From positions 1-64,000 of IMG/VR virus record IMGVR_UViG_3300010048_000001: DNA of 64,000 bases, one strand, 5' to 3'. Origin of the DNA: a virus. Shown here piece after piece: positions 37,097 to 47,637 of the stretch (positions are counted from its first letter, which is position 1; every line of letters begins with the position of its first letter). The translations under genes and the position numbers were made by a program. The notes beneath the pieces were generated by a model. The model saw only the letters and a list, made by a program, of their open reading frames with translations. It was not told where the DNA came from and made no database searches.

Positions 37097-37663
37097 ATGG
37101 CTATTCCCAACATACCAGAAATCTGGCGCGCCATCCCCGATTTCCCAGATTATGAGATCAGCAACTTCGGCGGCGTTCGGCGAGCCGTGGATTGCGTTAG
37201 AACTTATTTTCGCCTTGGGCAGCCGAGGACAAGGACACAATATAAGGCCGGGAAGATTCTTCGCCCTAAAATAGGGAAACTTAAATATCCGAGATTGACC
37301 TTGTGGCGGCTCGGCATTCCCAAGGGCACCGAAGTTTACATACACATCTTGGTTTGCACGGCGTTTCACGGCCCAGCCCCATCTCCTCGTCATCAAGTTG
37401 CTCATTGGGATGGCGACCGTCGAAACATACGATCCGATAACCTTCGCTGGGCGACACCAAAAGAAAACAGCATGGACACCATCCGGCATGGACGAGGAGG
37501 ACGCGGCAAACACTCTGGCCGCAAATTAAGTCCTCCAAAAGTAAAAATAATAAAACAGCTTTTAAGAGCTGGAGTGTCACACAGCAATATAGCACTCCAA
37601 TTCGGAGTCTGCCGTGAGAACATCACCCACATTAATAACAGAAGGACTTGGGTAAGAGTATAA
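37097..37663 (+). CDS. NUMOD4-HNH homing endonuclease
   Basis: EIWRAIPDFPDYEISNFGGVR; HILVCTAFHGP...VAHWDGDRRN...NLRWATPKEN; C-terminal HTH; RBS AGGAG; convergent with terL. Confidence 0.9.
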   Translation: MAIPNIPEIWRAIPDFPDYEISNFGGVRRAVDCVRTYFRLGQPRTRTQYKAGKILRPKIGKLKYPRLTLWRLGIPKGTEVYIHILVCTAFHGPAPSPRHQVAHWDGDRRNIRSDNLRWATPKENSMDTIRHGRGGRGKHSGRKLSPPKVKIIKQLLRAGVSHSNIALQFGVCRENITHINNRRTWVRV

Positions 37664-39556
37664 TCATAATGGATATGGCAAGCCTGTCACAGGCCGCATG
37701 CGCTCGTAATTCATCAGATCTTCCTCGGCTTCATCATACTCTTCCGGACGCTCGAGCACGCCGCGCTGACGAAGCTCACTGAGCCCGGCCGTAAAGCAGT
37801 CAACCGCATCGTCATGCTTGCCTTTCGGAAAGATGCACAGTTCATCTACTATAGGTTGTAGCCATGCCGGGTATGTACCATCCTCAAATTGAGGAACATA
37901 TACCTGGTGGCTCGACACCAGATGCTCTACAGCGTTCGCGCGCATCCATTTGTCGTGCTTGGTCGTCGGCGCGATCTCCACGCCCCAGTCGTCGTCCGCG
38001 TGCAACCGGTGCAGTTCCTGTCCAAGGTGGGCACCGCCGCCCTGAAATTCGATCCTGAGATGGTCGACCTTATACCGCTTGCAGGTATGGCGGACCCACT
38101 CGACCAAGCCCCACGTCTCGCTGCGCTGATTGAAAAACAGCGGTGAATTCCACTCTTTTTCGGAAACGCCCTCGGGCCGGGCCGTCGGGGGGCCGTGCAA
38201 TAGCAGCCGCTTCGTCCAGCCGGCGATTATCATGATCTTCGGATAGCCAACCTCATCGGGCATGCGCACATAGGTGTCGCCGCGGCGTTCGATCCGACCC
38301 TTACCTTCCGATCTCCAGACCCCCATGACGAGCATGGCACTCGGGTCATTCTCTTCCTTTTCCGTGAAGGCGCAGTCAACAGTAGCGATCACGTACTCGA
38401 GGGCCGGGTACTTGATTACGCGGCGCCCTAGCGAATCGCGCATAACCCAGCCTTCCATCAGACGGGAGCCGTCGAGCTCCATCGGAGGCCAGGGCTGGAA
38501 CCATTCCCGCTTAAAGATGCCGCCACCGCGAGGCACAGGTTGCTGTTCAAATTGCCCGGCTTCCGCGTACCCACTTAGCTTAAGACGACCGTAAGCTGCA
38601 TCACTCCAGAAGCTCGGCCAGATGAGCTCACCCGGCTCCGAGCGCGGATCCCCCCAAGCGGCACGGCCGGGATCGAAACGCCGCGGATACATCAGGTGCA
38701 TCGGGTCGTTCCAATTCTCCAATGCCCAGCCAGTCGCATCGCCCTCGTGGAGCCGCTGCATAATCAAGACACGGGCCGAGGTACGCGGGTCCCTGATGCG
38801 AGTAGGGAGCGACTCCGTGAAGGCGTGCATTGTCGCCTCACGCTGAGTTTCCGACTCCGCGCCCAGGATAGAATGAGGATCGTCGACCAATTGAATGTCA
38901 CCACCACGACCGATCAAGCCGCCTTCGATCGAGGCGCTGTACCGCTCACCACCGGCCGTATTGCCGAAGTCAATGCGGCTGGCCTGATCTGGCCGAACCT
39001 GAACACCAGGATAAACGACTTTACCGTTCTCGATCCGCTCGTAACCCCATAGCGATCGATACCAATGCCCCTCGATGAGCCAGAGCATCTTTTGGGCATT
39101 GTTCTCAGCGAGGCGAGCAGAATACGAGACGGCCAAGAAGGATACTTGCGGCCCCGAGAGCGCGCTAATGCTACTTCTACACCACACCCACGCGGGAAAC
39201 ACAACCGAAACGAGCAAGCTTTTCCCGTGACGAGGCGGGATGTTAACGATGAGGTCTCTAGTCTGCCCGTCGACCAGAGACTCGAGCGCGTCGCACATCC
39301 GCTCAAAATGCCAATTGCTGACAAATGGCGCCTTGTCGATCTCCCGCCAGGCTCTCTTAAAAAACTCCAAGAGCGAGCCCTCGCAGCGAGCCCGCTCCTG
39401 GTCCTTCGCGACCTCTCGGATAAGGATCTCGTATTCAGCGTATGCCTTCGGATCGCAGAGCGCGAGGGCCTTGGCCAGCTGCTCCTGGGTGACCGGCTTG
39501 CGCGGGCGCTGAGGATTAGGCGGCGTCTCCGGCATCGGTCTCTTTGCGTTTGGCAT
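37664..39556 (-). CDS. terL: terminase large subunit
   Basis: Walker A NIPPRHGKS, Walker B QLVDDPH, IMQRLHEGD, nuclease TVDCAF...DPSA and FPKGKHDDAVD. Confidence 0.95.
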   Translation of the reverse strand: MPNAKRPMPETPPNPQRPRKPVTQEQLAKALALCDPKAYAEYEILIREVAKDQERARCEGSLLEFFKRAWREIDKAPFVSNWHFERMCDALESLVDGQTRDLIVNIPPRHGKSLLVSVVFPAWVWCRSSISALSGPQVSFLAVSYSARLAENNAQKMLWLIEGHWYRSLWGYERIENGKVVYPGVQVRPDQASRIDFGNTAGGERYSASIEGGLIGRGGDIQLVDDPHSILGAESETQREATMHAFTESLPTRIRDPRTSARVLIMQRLHEGDATGWALENWNDPMHLMYPRRFDPGRAAWGDPRSEPGELIWPSFWSDAAYGRLKLSGYAEAGQFEQQPVPRGGGIFKREWFQPWPPMELDGSRLMEGWVMRDSLGRRVIKYPALEYVIATVDCAFTEKEENDPSAMLVMGVWRSEGKGRIERRGDTYVRMPDEVGYPKIMIIAGWTKRLLLHGPPTARPEGVSEKEWNSPLFFNQRSETWGLVEWVRHTCKRYKVDHLRIEFQGGGAHLGQELHRLHADDDWGVEIAPTTKHDKWMRANAVEHLVSSHQVYVPQFEDGTYPAWLQPIVDELCIFPKGKHDDAVDCFTAGLSELRQRGVLERPEEYDEAEEDLMNYERMRPVTGLPYPL

Positions 39557-39772
39557 ACCGCACCGGCTTCATCGCTGACCGCTCAACGGCCGCCCCTGTC
39601 TTTGCAATCTCAGATGCCGTATCCTCGGCCACCTGCCGCATCGCCGCGATCATCGCCACCTGTAGAGCCACCCAGAAGGTCGGCCCCGGAAACTGCTCAT
39701 GCGGCGGCGCATCACGCGAGGTATCAGCTTTCGCCTGTTCCATCGCCTCGTTGTAATATTCGAGAAGAGCCT

Positions 39773-40333
39773 TCATGCTGCCCGTCCGTCTGTTGGGCGC
39801 CGCCACACAATAGGCGGCGTGGCGTTCTTCAAATATAACGGATGTCGCGGCTGGCCGCCCTTGGTCACACCCATACACCAGAGCGTCTTGTCCCCGAGCA
39901 TCAACTCGACAGCCTTCGCAAAATTGCACAACGGCTTTGGCAGTGCCCCCCAAGCGCAGACGACGCGAGCAGCGCTGGCGGCGCATTGGCGAATGGTCAG
40001 GAAGTTGTCGTCGCTAACCGGCACCGTTCCTCGCTCGAGCAACCTCTTCGGATCCGTTGCCCGGTAGTCCATGACGTTTACCTTGCAGTAGGAACTGAAG
40101 CCCCAGGATCGCGTCCAGCGGATCTCTTTGCGGATCGTCGGATCGTCGACGAACATATCCGCGGTGCTCGGGTTCATGCCTATCCACAACACATAGGGAT
40201 CTTCGGGTTTCCCCCATTGACGAGACAACCAATGCCGATACCGACCGCACACCGAGAATTCTGCGTCAGCAATGACGCCAGGCTGCAGTGGGATCCGGAC
40301 CTTCCCGCCGGGATCATGCGAAAGTTCGACCAT
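39773..40333 (-). CDS. DUF1643-family protein
   Basis: FSVCGRYRHWLSRQW, WIGMNPSTAD, DDPTIRK, RATDP, AWG, GQPRHPLY. Confidence 0.85.
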   Translation of the reverse strand: MVELSHDPGGKVRIPLQPGVIADAEFSVCGRYRHWLSRQWGKPEDPYVLWIGMNPSTADMFVDDPTIRKEIRWTRSWGFSSYCKVNVMDYRATDPKRLLERGTVPVSDDNFLTIRQCAASAARVVCAWGALPKPLCNFAKAVELMLGDKTLWCMGVTKGGQPRHPLYLKNATPPIVWRRPTDGRAA

Positions 40334-40437
40334 CCCGCACATCTAGCACCTTCGAGGTGGGTACACACAGGTAACCCACAGACGGCATTCCCCTACAGCC
40401 TTCATCGGGCTTTACTCGCGAATCATCGGTGTTCCTA

Positions 40438-41568
40438 TTAAGATGCTGGGCAGTTGGGGGCCGGCGGCGGTGGCGCAGGAGGCGGCGGGGTACTGGGCTG
40501 CGCCGCATCAAGCGTCGATATGATGTAGGCGATTGTGTTCGGCGAGAATTGATGCTGCGTGGCTGATGTGTCGATCATTTGAGTAAATTCGCCGGGCTGC
40601 AGACTGAGAACATTTGCCTGTATTAGCGTGGCATAGCCCGCCACATAGGTTGGCCAGTCCATCCCGTAATAGTTTTGGTACCAATCCCACTGCGCTACAC
40701 CAAAGCAACAGCTGTCGGAATAGTTCAGGATCTGGATATGATGACGTTTCAAACCCGCGGGCGTTTGTCCAACCGAGGCCATGATATACTGATCCAGATA
40801 ACCCGCGATCGTGTAATAATCTGGGGCATTCTGCTCAGCAAAGCATGGCGCGGCGCAATCGCCGTGGTCCGGCGCGGCTCCTGCGCCGGGGATAAATTGA
40901 ACACCTGGCATCGAACCGGCTACTTCTACCGATATATGGATTCGAGGATCGATTGCAGCTACGGTAGTGGCCGTCCACCCGCCGCCCGAAAGACCCACTA
41001 TGTTATAGTCTGAAAACATTTGGTGCCCGACCATATAATTGATCGCTTGGATCATGGGCTCGTGAAAATAATGCATACCCTGATCGCCGAAAGCGGTAAA
41101 TAGTGCGACGTGCTGATCTGTGTAGCCGCACGCCGGAATATTAAGGGCAAGAACGCTGTATCCGGCCGACAGCAATCCTTGCAGTAGCGGTTGGACATTA
41201 TAGCCTGGATAAAATTGCGACCAATCGCAGGTGCCCTGATGGCCAGGGTTCAGCGCTACCATACGACCATTAGCAATCGGACCGGCGACATAGAGATTGC
41301 TGACGTTTGTTTGATTGCCGGACTCGGTCGCCAGGTATTGATCTACCCGCGCGACGTTGGTCAGACCAGGTAGGGGATTGGCGATGGTCGTCACAGAGGA
41401 TTGTGTTGTCGGCAGAACTGGCAGGCCGAAGGAATCTTGTATAAGGGCTTGCCGTCGCGCTGTTACGTCGTCGATCGCTCCTATTGTCACGCTGTCGTCG
41501 ATCGCGTGCGCCTGGGCAGTGAAGCCCAGAAGAACGCAGAACGCCGTCGCAACCGTCCCGTTGCTCAT
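40438..41568 (-). CDS. secreted alpha/beta hydrolase
   Basis: Signal ending AQAHA; nucleophile elbow VGLSGGGW; own RBS and promoter. Confidence 0.75.
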   Translation of the reverse strand: MSNGTVATAFCVLLGFTAQAHAIDDSVTIGAIDDVTARRQALIQDSFGLPVLPTTQSSVTTIANPLPGLTNVARVDQYLATESGNQTNVSNLYVAGPIANGRMVALNPGHQGTCDWSQFYPGYNVQPLLQGLLSAGYSVLALNIPACGYTDQHVALFTAFGDQGMHYFHEPMIQAINYMVGHQMFSDYNIVGLSGGGWTATTVAAIDPRIHISVEVAGSMPGVQFIPGAGAAPDHGDCAAPCFAEQNAPDYYTIAGYLDQYIMASVGQTPAGLKRHHIQILNYSDSCCFGVAQWDWYQNYYGMDWPTYVAGYATLIQANVLSLQPGEFTQMIDTSATQHQFSPNTIAYIISTLDAAQPSTPPPPAPPPPAPNCPAS

Positions 41569-41611
41569 TGAGTTCTCCCCTGTTGAGATACGTACTTAGC
41601 GTATCCCAACA

Positions 41612-41628
41612 GGGTACACAAGGTACCT
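41612..41628. promoter_or_regulatory. palindromic operator GGGTAC-N5-GTACC(T) within a repeated promoter
   Basis: Flanking sequence also resembles 42246-42312. Confidence 0.65.
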
Positions 41629-41645
41629 GGACGATTTTTCCTACC

Positions 41646-41924
41646 TCATAAACACGCACCCCCTGACCCGCCCGCCGCTCGAGCAGCATTGACGTAGGCG
41701 ACGCACTCGATGTCAGAAAGATTAGGGATGGTCACAAAATGTGTACCATTCGGGAGGCACGCCGGGAATACATTTTGTCCCGCGCAGGGCAGATACCCGA
41801 CAAAGGTACGGATCCCGCCAACCCCAAAAATCCGCAGCAACCACTCGATCGAACTCTCTGAAGCCGCCGCGGGCCCAGCAAGAACGCCAGCCAACAACAG
41901 CCCCGCCACTATTCGCCTCACCAT
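41646..41924 (-). CDS. small secreted Cys-containing protein
   Basis: Signal MVRRIVAGLLLAGVLAGPAAA; 4 Cys. Confidence 0.6.
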   Translation of the reverse strand: MVRRIVAGLLLAGVLAGPAAASESSIEWLLRIFGVGGIRTFVGYLPCAGQNVFPACLPNGTHFVTIPNLSDIECVAYVNAARAAGGSGGACL

Positions 41925-42226
41925 GACAATCCGACAACATAGAGCGTCGCGTCAGAGCAAAGAGCATTTGGGGCGCCGACCACGTTGAATGTGATCGGAA
42001 ATTTGACCAGCCGTGAGGTGTTTAGGATCGCTTGCGCCTCGTCGGCACTAGGCTCGCTTACCGCAAACCCATACCACTGAGGCCCGCTATTCGTCTGGAA
42101 TTGAATGCAAGCAGGAAACCCGCCGCCTAGCGTCTTGATCTTTGTGACAACGCCCGGCCCGTCGGCATAAGCCGCGCTCGCCAGAGTGCAAATGGCAGCC
42201 GCAAAAATTAGCTGTCGCATCTTCAT
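41918..42226 (-). CDS. small secreted protein
   Basis: Signal MKMRQLIFAAAICTLASAAYA; RBS AAGGAAGGA. Confidence 0.65.
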   Translation of the reverse strand: MKMRQLIFAAAICTLASAAYADGPGVVTKIKTLGGGFPACIQFQTNSGPQWYGFAVSEPSADEAQAILNTSRLVKFPITFNVVGAPNALCSDATLYVVGLSW

Positions 42227-42274
42227 GAAAGCGTCCTTCCTTAGATTGAGAGTACGTACCTAACGACCCTCGAG

Positions 42275-42291
42275 GGGTACACAAGGTACCC
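42275..42291. promoter_or_regulatory. palindromic operator GGGTAC-N5-GTACCC
   Basis: Perfect palindrome upstream of 41918..42226. Confidence 0.7.
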
Positions 42292-42789
42292 GTGCAGGAA
42301 TGGACGATTTTTGGACGTCGAGGGCGCTATGTCCCGCGAATGCGCCACCTCATACTAGCGCTCGGCATTGTCGCCGTGATCCTCGAGGCCGCGATCTGCG
42401 CGCGGCGCCTTCACCGCGGTGGCAAAATCTCGATCGGAATGCCCGTCCAAGAGAGGACCGTAGGCCCCGGAGGAATACGGGCATACGGGAAAAGAACCTC
42501 AAAATCGTCGCCGTAAATCAGTAGCTTCTCCGGTAGCTCGCCGATCTGTCGAAGCCGCGCCGCAATAAAGGCGTTCACGTCCGCAATCGAACGGAAGCCC
42601 ATCAAACACCCCGCTCGATCGTCGCAATAAGCTCGCCCAGCACCTCAGTCGGCCGCGTCCGCAACATCCAGACCCGATCCGCCTTCAGCCATTCCCGAAT
42701 CGCACCCGCACACCGAGCTCGCTCAGCCGAAACCGCAGCCTCAGTGTCGATATCTCTTATGTAACGGCGCGGAGGGTCGCGATCGTCCA

Positions 42790-43227
42790 TCATAGAGCCG
42801 GCTCTCTACGCGGTGGATTGGGATTGTTCCAATCAAGTGCCCGCACATAGCGATTGTGCGTCCTGAACCACGCCATATTGTCCTCGACCTCAGAAACACG
42901 CTTATGGTGTACCCGCGGCCGAGGCGCCGCCTCCTCCGCCGCCACCGGAGGCATCATTACCGCAGCACCCGCAATCGCAGGCAACCCGGGCAAGCCGCCA
43001 GGACCCACCTGCACCGGCAACGTCGCATTAACCGGAGGACTCGCAGTCGCCATCCCGCCCATCCCCATCTGCGTGAACGTCAGACAGCTCGCCGACTGCT
43101 GACTCCCATCAGAGATCTTCGCGCAGTCGTAGACATTAATCGTGACAGGCGATATCCCCGGTGCTTGCGCACAGGCCGAGAGCCCAAGCATAGCCGCCGC
43201 CCCTAAACGCCAGATGCGGGGATGCAT
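42790..43227 (-). CDS. putative lipoprotein
   Basis: Lipobox LSAC after a hydrophobic stretch. Confidence 0.55.
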   Translation of the reverse strand: MHPRIWRLGAAAMLGLSACAQAPGISPVTINVYDCAKISDGSQQSASCLTFTQMGMGGMATASPPVNATLPVQVGPGGLPGLPAIAGAAVMMPPVAAEEAAPRPRVHHKRVSEVEDNMAWFRTHNRYVRALDWNNPNPPRREPAL

Positions 43228-43853
43228 GCGCGACCCTTTTTAAGATTATCGCTGCGCCATAAGGGCTGTAAATTTGTGTAGTGCACAGCGGCAAGAAATT
43301 GCGAACGATCAGAAAGATCAAAGGATGCTAATGGCCTTATGTGATCTAAGTGCCACCCATCGAAAGACCAGTTGTCCCACGTCATCCCCGACGAGAACTT
43401 AGATTCCATATATTCTTTAAATTGCTCTGGCGAGCACCCGAGGTCCTTGACCACAGAACCGCCTTTCATCCCCCGCTTTATCGCCAACCGCAAGCGGGTG
43501 CGAAGATAATGGGTTATCTTGTAGATAACATCATTCTTTAGGCGCTCTCGTGTATAACTAACAGCTGAGCTAATCCTAGCTCCTCTATTTCTATAATAAT
43601 TATCTCTACGCATAGCCCTGTTTTTCTCCAGATCTCTTCTATATTTATTTAGATCCTCCGCACGGACTGCATCGGGATGCATGAGCCGTCGTAGCTTTTT
43701 GTTCTTCCGATCGATTATACGCCGGCATTCAACACAACCATAATTGTGAACGACCCGTTGCGCGATGTGCCCTCTTCCGCACGGCTCCCCGGTAAAATAA
43801 TGGTATAGGCCTCTTGACTTTGCTGCAGATCGGCTGACGAGCTCTAACATCAT
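43203..43853 (-). CDS. HNH homing endonuclease
   Basis: Likely start 43853; YFTGEPCGRGH...CVEC; LGCS...YMESKF..GMTWDN...WHLDHIRPLASFDL...HYTNLQPLW..DNLKKG; AT-rich relative to neighbours. Confidence 0.85.
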   Translation of the reverse strand: MMLELVSRSAAKSRGLYHYFTGEPCGRGHIAQRVVHNYGCVECRRIIDRKNKKLRRLMHPDAVRAEDLNKYRRDLEKNRAMRRDNYYRNRGARISSAVSYTRERLKNDVIYKITHYLRTRLRLAIKRGMKGGSVVKDLGCSPEQFKEYMESKFSSGMTWDNWSFDGWHLDHIRPLASFDLSDRSQFLAAVHYTNLQPLWRSDNLKKGRACIPASGV

Positions 43854-43863
43854 GCGTTGTTTT

Positions 43864-44193
43864 CTAAACGCCAGAGGCGGGGACAAAACAGAAGACGAAC
43901 CCCTCACGAGACACAGCCGGATCCCGGCTAACAAACAAAACACCACGGCCCGTCGGGTTTACCCGGTCCCAAATCACCTTTACGGCCGGGACGTGCACAT
44001 CAGCCGCGCCCACCATTGCCTCAAAGCTGCCGTCGGCGTTCTCCATATACGAGTCCGGGTAATACTGATCGGCAGGGCCGCAACACGGCCCAGCAAAATC
44101 CGGCCGCATCAACGAACCCATCCACTCGGCGAAGGGGTCATCCGCGCTGTGGACAAGCACAAACCCAGCCAGCGCAATCGCCGAAACCCTCAC
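43864..44193 (-). CDS. small secreted Cys-containing protein
   Basis: Hydrophobic N-terminus; CCGPAD, NPTGRGVLF, FCFVP. Confidence 0.6.
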   Translation of the reverse strand: MRVSAIALAGFVLVHSADDPFAEWMGSLMRPDFAGPCCGPADQYYPDSYMENADGSFEAMVGAADVHVPAVKVIWDRVNPTGRGVLFVSRDPAVSREGFVFCFVPASGV

Positions 44194-44507
44194 CGCCGCG
44201 GCTCACACATCTTGCAGACGCAGTTCGCCGCATACCGCGGGCTAATATGCCCACGCCGACACGGACGCCCCGTGTAGTACGTCCGATCCCCATTCTCCAA
44301 CGCCGCCTCTCGCTCCGCACACCGCGGCCGTCCCAGCTTCGCTCGAGCCTCGTCCAGAAGACGCAGCAGAAACACCACCTCATCGCCCCAATAAACGGTC
44401 GGCGGATCTGGCTCGGCCTCTACCGCGGCCCTCAAACACGCCTCATACTCCTCGTCAGTCAGGACAGGGGCCGGTCTCCCACCACGGCCGGTCGTCTGCT
44501 CAGTCAT
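44190..44507 (-). CDS. small protein with a Zn-binding domain like the HNH N-terminus
   Basis: YYTGRPCRRGHISPRY....CKMC, paralleling 43203..43853. Confidence 0.6.
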   Translation of the reverse strand: MTEQTTGRGGRPAPVLTDEEYEACLRAAVEAEPDPPTVYWGDEVVFLLRLLDEARAKLGRPRCAEREAALENGDRTYYTGRPCRRGHISPRYAANCVCKMCEPRR

Positions 44508-44782
44508 GGTTTCTCCGGAGCCTTCAACCCCGCCACATACGACGCCCACCACGCCGCTAACTCCCCAGCACGCTGCTCCTGCAAACCAACCAGCCCACGC
44601 AAATACTGGTTCGCCCGCTCCATGCTCGTCACCGCAGCCTGCAGCGCAGCAACACGATCCGCCTCAACCTGAGCCGCCGCTACCTGCGCCGCACTCAACC
44701 CAGGAACCGACGCCGGAGCCTCCTGCCCATACGCCGGAAATCCAAAAACCAAACCACCCACCAAAAATAATATTTTTTTCAC
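44504..44782 (-). CDS. small secreted coiled-coil protein
   Basis: Likely GTG start after GAGGAG: KKILFLVGGLVFGFPAYG. Confidence 0.5.
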   Translation of the reverse strand: MKKILFLVGGLVFGFPAYGQEAPASVPGLSAAQVAAAQVEADRVAALQAAVTSMERANQYLRGLVGLQEQRAGELAAWWASYVAGLKAPEKP

Positions 44783-45559
44783 CACTCTCTCCTCTAAGGG
44801 GCCCCCTCCGTTTTCAGAGGCCAGCACTAACCAGAATCCCTCACCTCTCCCGAATCCCCAGCGGGAAAATAACCTCGCTCTCCCCAGCCGGACCACATTC
44901 CCACTCCTCAACCAACATCCCAGCTCCACTCTTCCGGTCAAATCCCCCACACGCCCTCATGTGCCCCAGCGCCTCAGTCTTGTCCCCAAATACCGCAACC
45001 ACCCGCTCACGAAAGTCGCCGTCCCACCACCGCTCCAATACTAAATATACCCGCCCCACCCCACTCATTTCCGCGCAGCCTCTCGCGCCATCTCCTCGTC
45101 AACCAAACCATCCTCAATAAATACCGGATTCCCACAATCATCGTGATACAATGCCCGCCCGCTGTCCCGCAGCCACCTGTACCGAGCCGCTTCCCGCCAC
45201 AGCCTAAACCAGTCCGCAGACTCCCAGCCCTCCCACCAACTAGTGCGCTCCGACCCTTGTACCCGCACCTCACTCACCCCGATTCCAAGCGACACGCATC
45301 CCGAAATTCACCCCAGCAAATACATTGCCGGAATTATTCCCAGCACTACCGGACTCCCCTTTTTCATCAACTCAACCATCCCCACGCTAGCCGTGAATCA
45401 CCACAACCCAAACCCACACCGCCAGCAACGCACCCCACACCGCCGAAACCGCACACGCAGCCGGTGACTTCCGATACCCCCCATCAGTCACAGCTATTAA
45501 ATTACCCAGAACAATCACCACCGACGATGCCACCCAAAACCATGCCATTATCGCTTCCA

Positions 45560-45860
45560 GAGCTATTGCAGAGTGTGGACGAAGGTGCAGTTGGATGCGC
45601 CCGCCTGCCTGTGCCAGCGGCCCCCACCGTACCCCGGCTTGGGACCCATTGCGGGCCTGGCTGAACCCTGTGGGCTGGGGATACCTTCCGGCGAGGGCGC
45701 CATCAGAGGAAGCTCGCGATCGCCAACAGCACGCATGCAATGATCGTCACGACAATCGCAAACAGGATCAATATTCCACCCGCATATTCCACCACACCGC
45801 TCTCAAGCCGTTGACGTAGTTTCATTTTTCTCAGCCATTCCTCAGATGGGCTATCTGCCG
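45560..45860. other. GC-skew inversion; candidate packaging-initiation/genome-end region
   Basis: Plus strand is C-rich to the left and G-rich to the right although genes on both sides are minus-strand; just downstream of terS. Confidence 0.5.
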
Positions 45861-46249
45861 TAATGATCTGGGGTTGCGAAACGATTCGGCCCTGCCACCC
45901 TTACTCGCATGATAGACTCACGCCCAGCGGTTCTCGAGGATGGCTGATGTCAGCTGGGGCCGAAGCAGCTGAAGGAGTACGGCCGGGCGTATCTGGGTCA
46001 TGTGCGCGCCGGAGGTTTAATCATGCGCATCAGGTTGAGACCTCTGTTAGGGTCTTTCTCATCATCGAGCGGTAGCGGGCTATTGCGGACGGGCGCGATC
46101 GATGACATTGACGGTTGGGCCGAGATTCTTCCGAATGGTGCTGAGGATTTCCTGCTGTATTTCCGTGCGAATATCATCGGCTATGCCGTTAGAGCAGCCG
46201 CGGTCATCGAGGGCGGTATGAATCGCAATGGCTTGTTGCTCTTTGGGGC

Positions 46250-46852
46250 TCATTGGTCATCCGGCTGAGGGGTGACGTCGATCATTTCTGCTGCATCGTC
46301 TGGGCCGACGTTTTCGAGTTGGGGAAGGTATTCGATGGCGCCTTGGAGGAGGGCCTCGACGCGCTCGAAGCGTTGGGCGGCGGTCATTTGGGTAACGATG
46401 TGCTCGACGGAGCCGGTATGTTGATGCTCGACGCGATCACGCCAAAGGTGTGGTTGGCGGTTACGGAGCCAAAGCGAGCACGCGTTGACATCGGGCGGTG
46501 CGTGTTGTTTGACCATTGTGCGGACGAGATCGCCGTCTTTGGTGATGAACACTTTTTCGGTTTCGTAGTCGTATCCGATACCGCGCTGATAGAGGCTTTT
46601 GGCCATTTTGCCATCGGCTTCGCCTCTACCTTTAAGAAGCGCGGCTTTAAAGCTTGGTTTATGTCTTTTCCAATAAGTGATGGTTGCTGGCGAGACGCCG
46701 AATGTCTCGCTAATTTCGATATCTGTGTATCCGAGTAGGGCGTATTGAAAGGCGCGCTGAGCGAAGTCCGGCTTATACTTTGATGGTGGGCCGGACGTCT
46801 TGATAGCGTCGAGGGGCTCGACATCGATTATCTCGATCTCTGTGTCGCTCAT
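46250..46852 (-). CDS. terS: terminase small subunit
   Basis: GPPSKYKP...LGYTDIEIS..FGVS..TI..WK, SLYQRGIGY, PPDVNAC..WLRNRQP..WRD. Confidence 0.85.
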   Translation of the reverse strand: MSDTEIEIIDVEPLDAIKTSGPPSKYKPDFAQRAFQYALLGYTDIEISETFGVSPATITYWKRHKPSFKAALLKGRGEADGKMAKSLYQRGIGYDYETEKVFITKDGDLVRTMVKQHAPPDVNACSLWLRNRQPHLWRDRVEHQHTGSVEHIVTQMTAAQRFERVEALLQGAIEYLPQLENVGPDDAAEMIDVTPQPDDQ

Positions 46853-47484
46853 TTCAGGATATTTGGTGTATCGCCGCGGAAGTGGATTCTTGGGGTATCA
46901 GGCATAAGGAAAGCGAAGCCGCCGTCTTCGTGATGGACGGTGAGGATGTGGGATTTATGGAAGGGGTCGAGGAATTCGAAGCCCTGCTGGACGTGTCGCT
47001 TCACGTAGGAATCGGGGGATGGGACACCATCGCCGACATTTACGAAGAGCTTTAGGTCATCGATTAGGACGGCGTAGTTGCCGTCTGGGCGCAGGTTACG
47101 GATGCGGCGTAGCTCCTCATGGAGCGGCACCCAGGCTTCGACATCGGCATCGAGGTCTCGGGGATCATCCTGTATGTCACCGCTGGCGAAGTGAGCGTCG
47201 AGGAAGAAGAACACGCCGCGTCTAGCGCAGTCGTGGTTTGTGGTGAGAAGTGTGTGCAAGAGGTCGACGCTTTTGCCTTGGAGGATTGTGACGCGGGGAT
47301 CGCACTCGAAGCGCTGGATGGCGCGGGCGTAGTTGTTGGGTTCGAGTTCGAGCGAGAAGAGGCGTTCGAAGCCGTGCAGGGCGGCATAGGCGAGGGAAGT
47401 GCCGTTACCGACGCCTGTTTCCACGAAGATGGGGAAGCGAGCGACGAACTCGGGGGGGATCGTCCATTGTGTGAGGCAGCCCAT
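46849..47484 (-). CDS. class I SAM-methyltransferase-like protein
   Basis: IFVETGVGNG, FSLEL, LQGKS, FFLDAH, VLIDD; coupled to terS. Confidence 0.7.
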   Translation of the reverse strand: MGCLTQWTIPPEFVARFPIFVETGVGNGTSLAYAALHGFERLFSLELEPNNYARAIQRFECDPRVTILQGKSVDLLHTLLTTNHDCARRGVFFFLDAHFASGDIQDDPRDLDADVEAWVPLHEELRRIRNLRPDGNYAVLIDDLKLFVNVGDGVPSPDSYVKRHVQQGFEFLDPFHKSHILTVHHEDGGFAFLMPDTPRIHFRGDTPNILK

Positions 47485-47637
47485 CGGTTTTATTTCAGGG
47501 GCCTGTTGCAGATGTGGCAGGTGTTGCTTGAGGCCACGAGCACGAGGAGCGTGACGAGGATCGCTATGCCAATTAGCGCGACGGCGATAGTTTGCTCAGG
47601 GCTCATGACGAGTTCGGTGCAGGGCACGCTGCTCATT

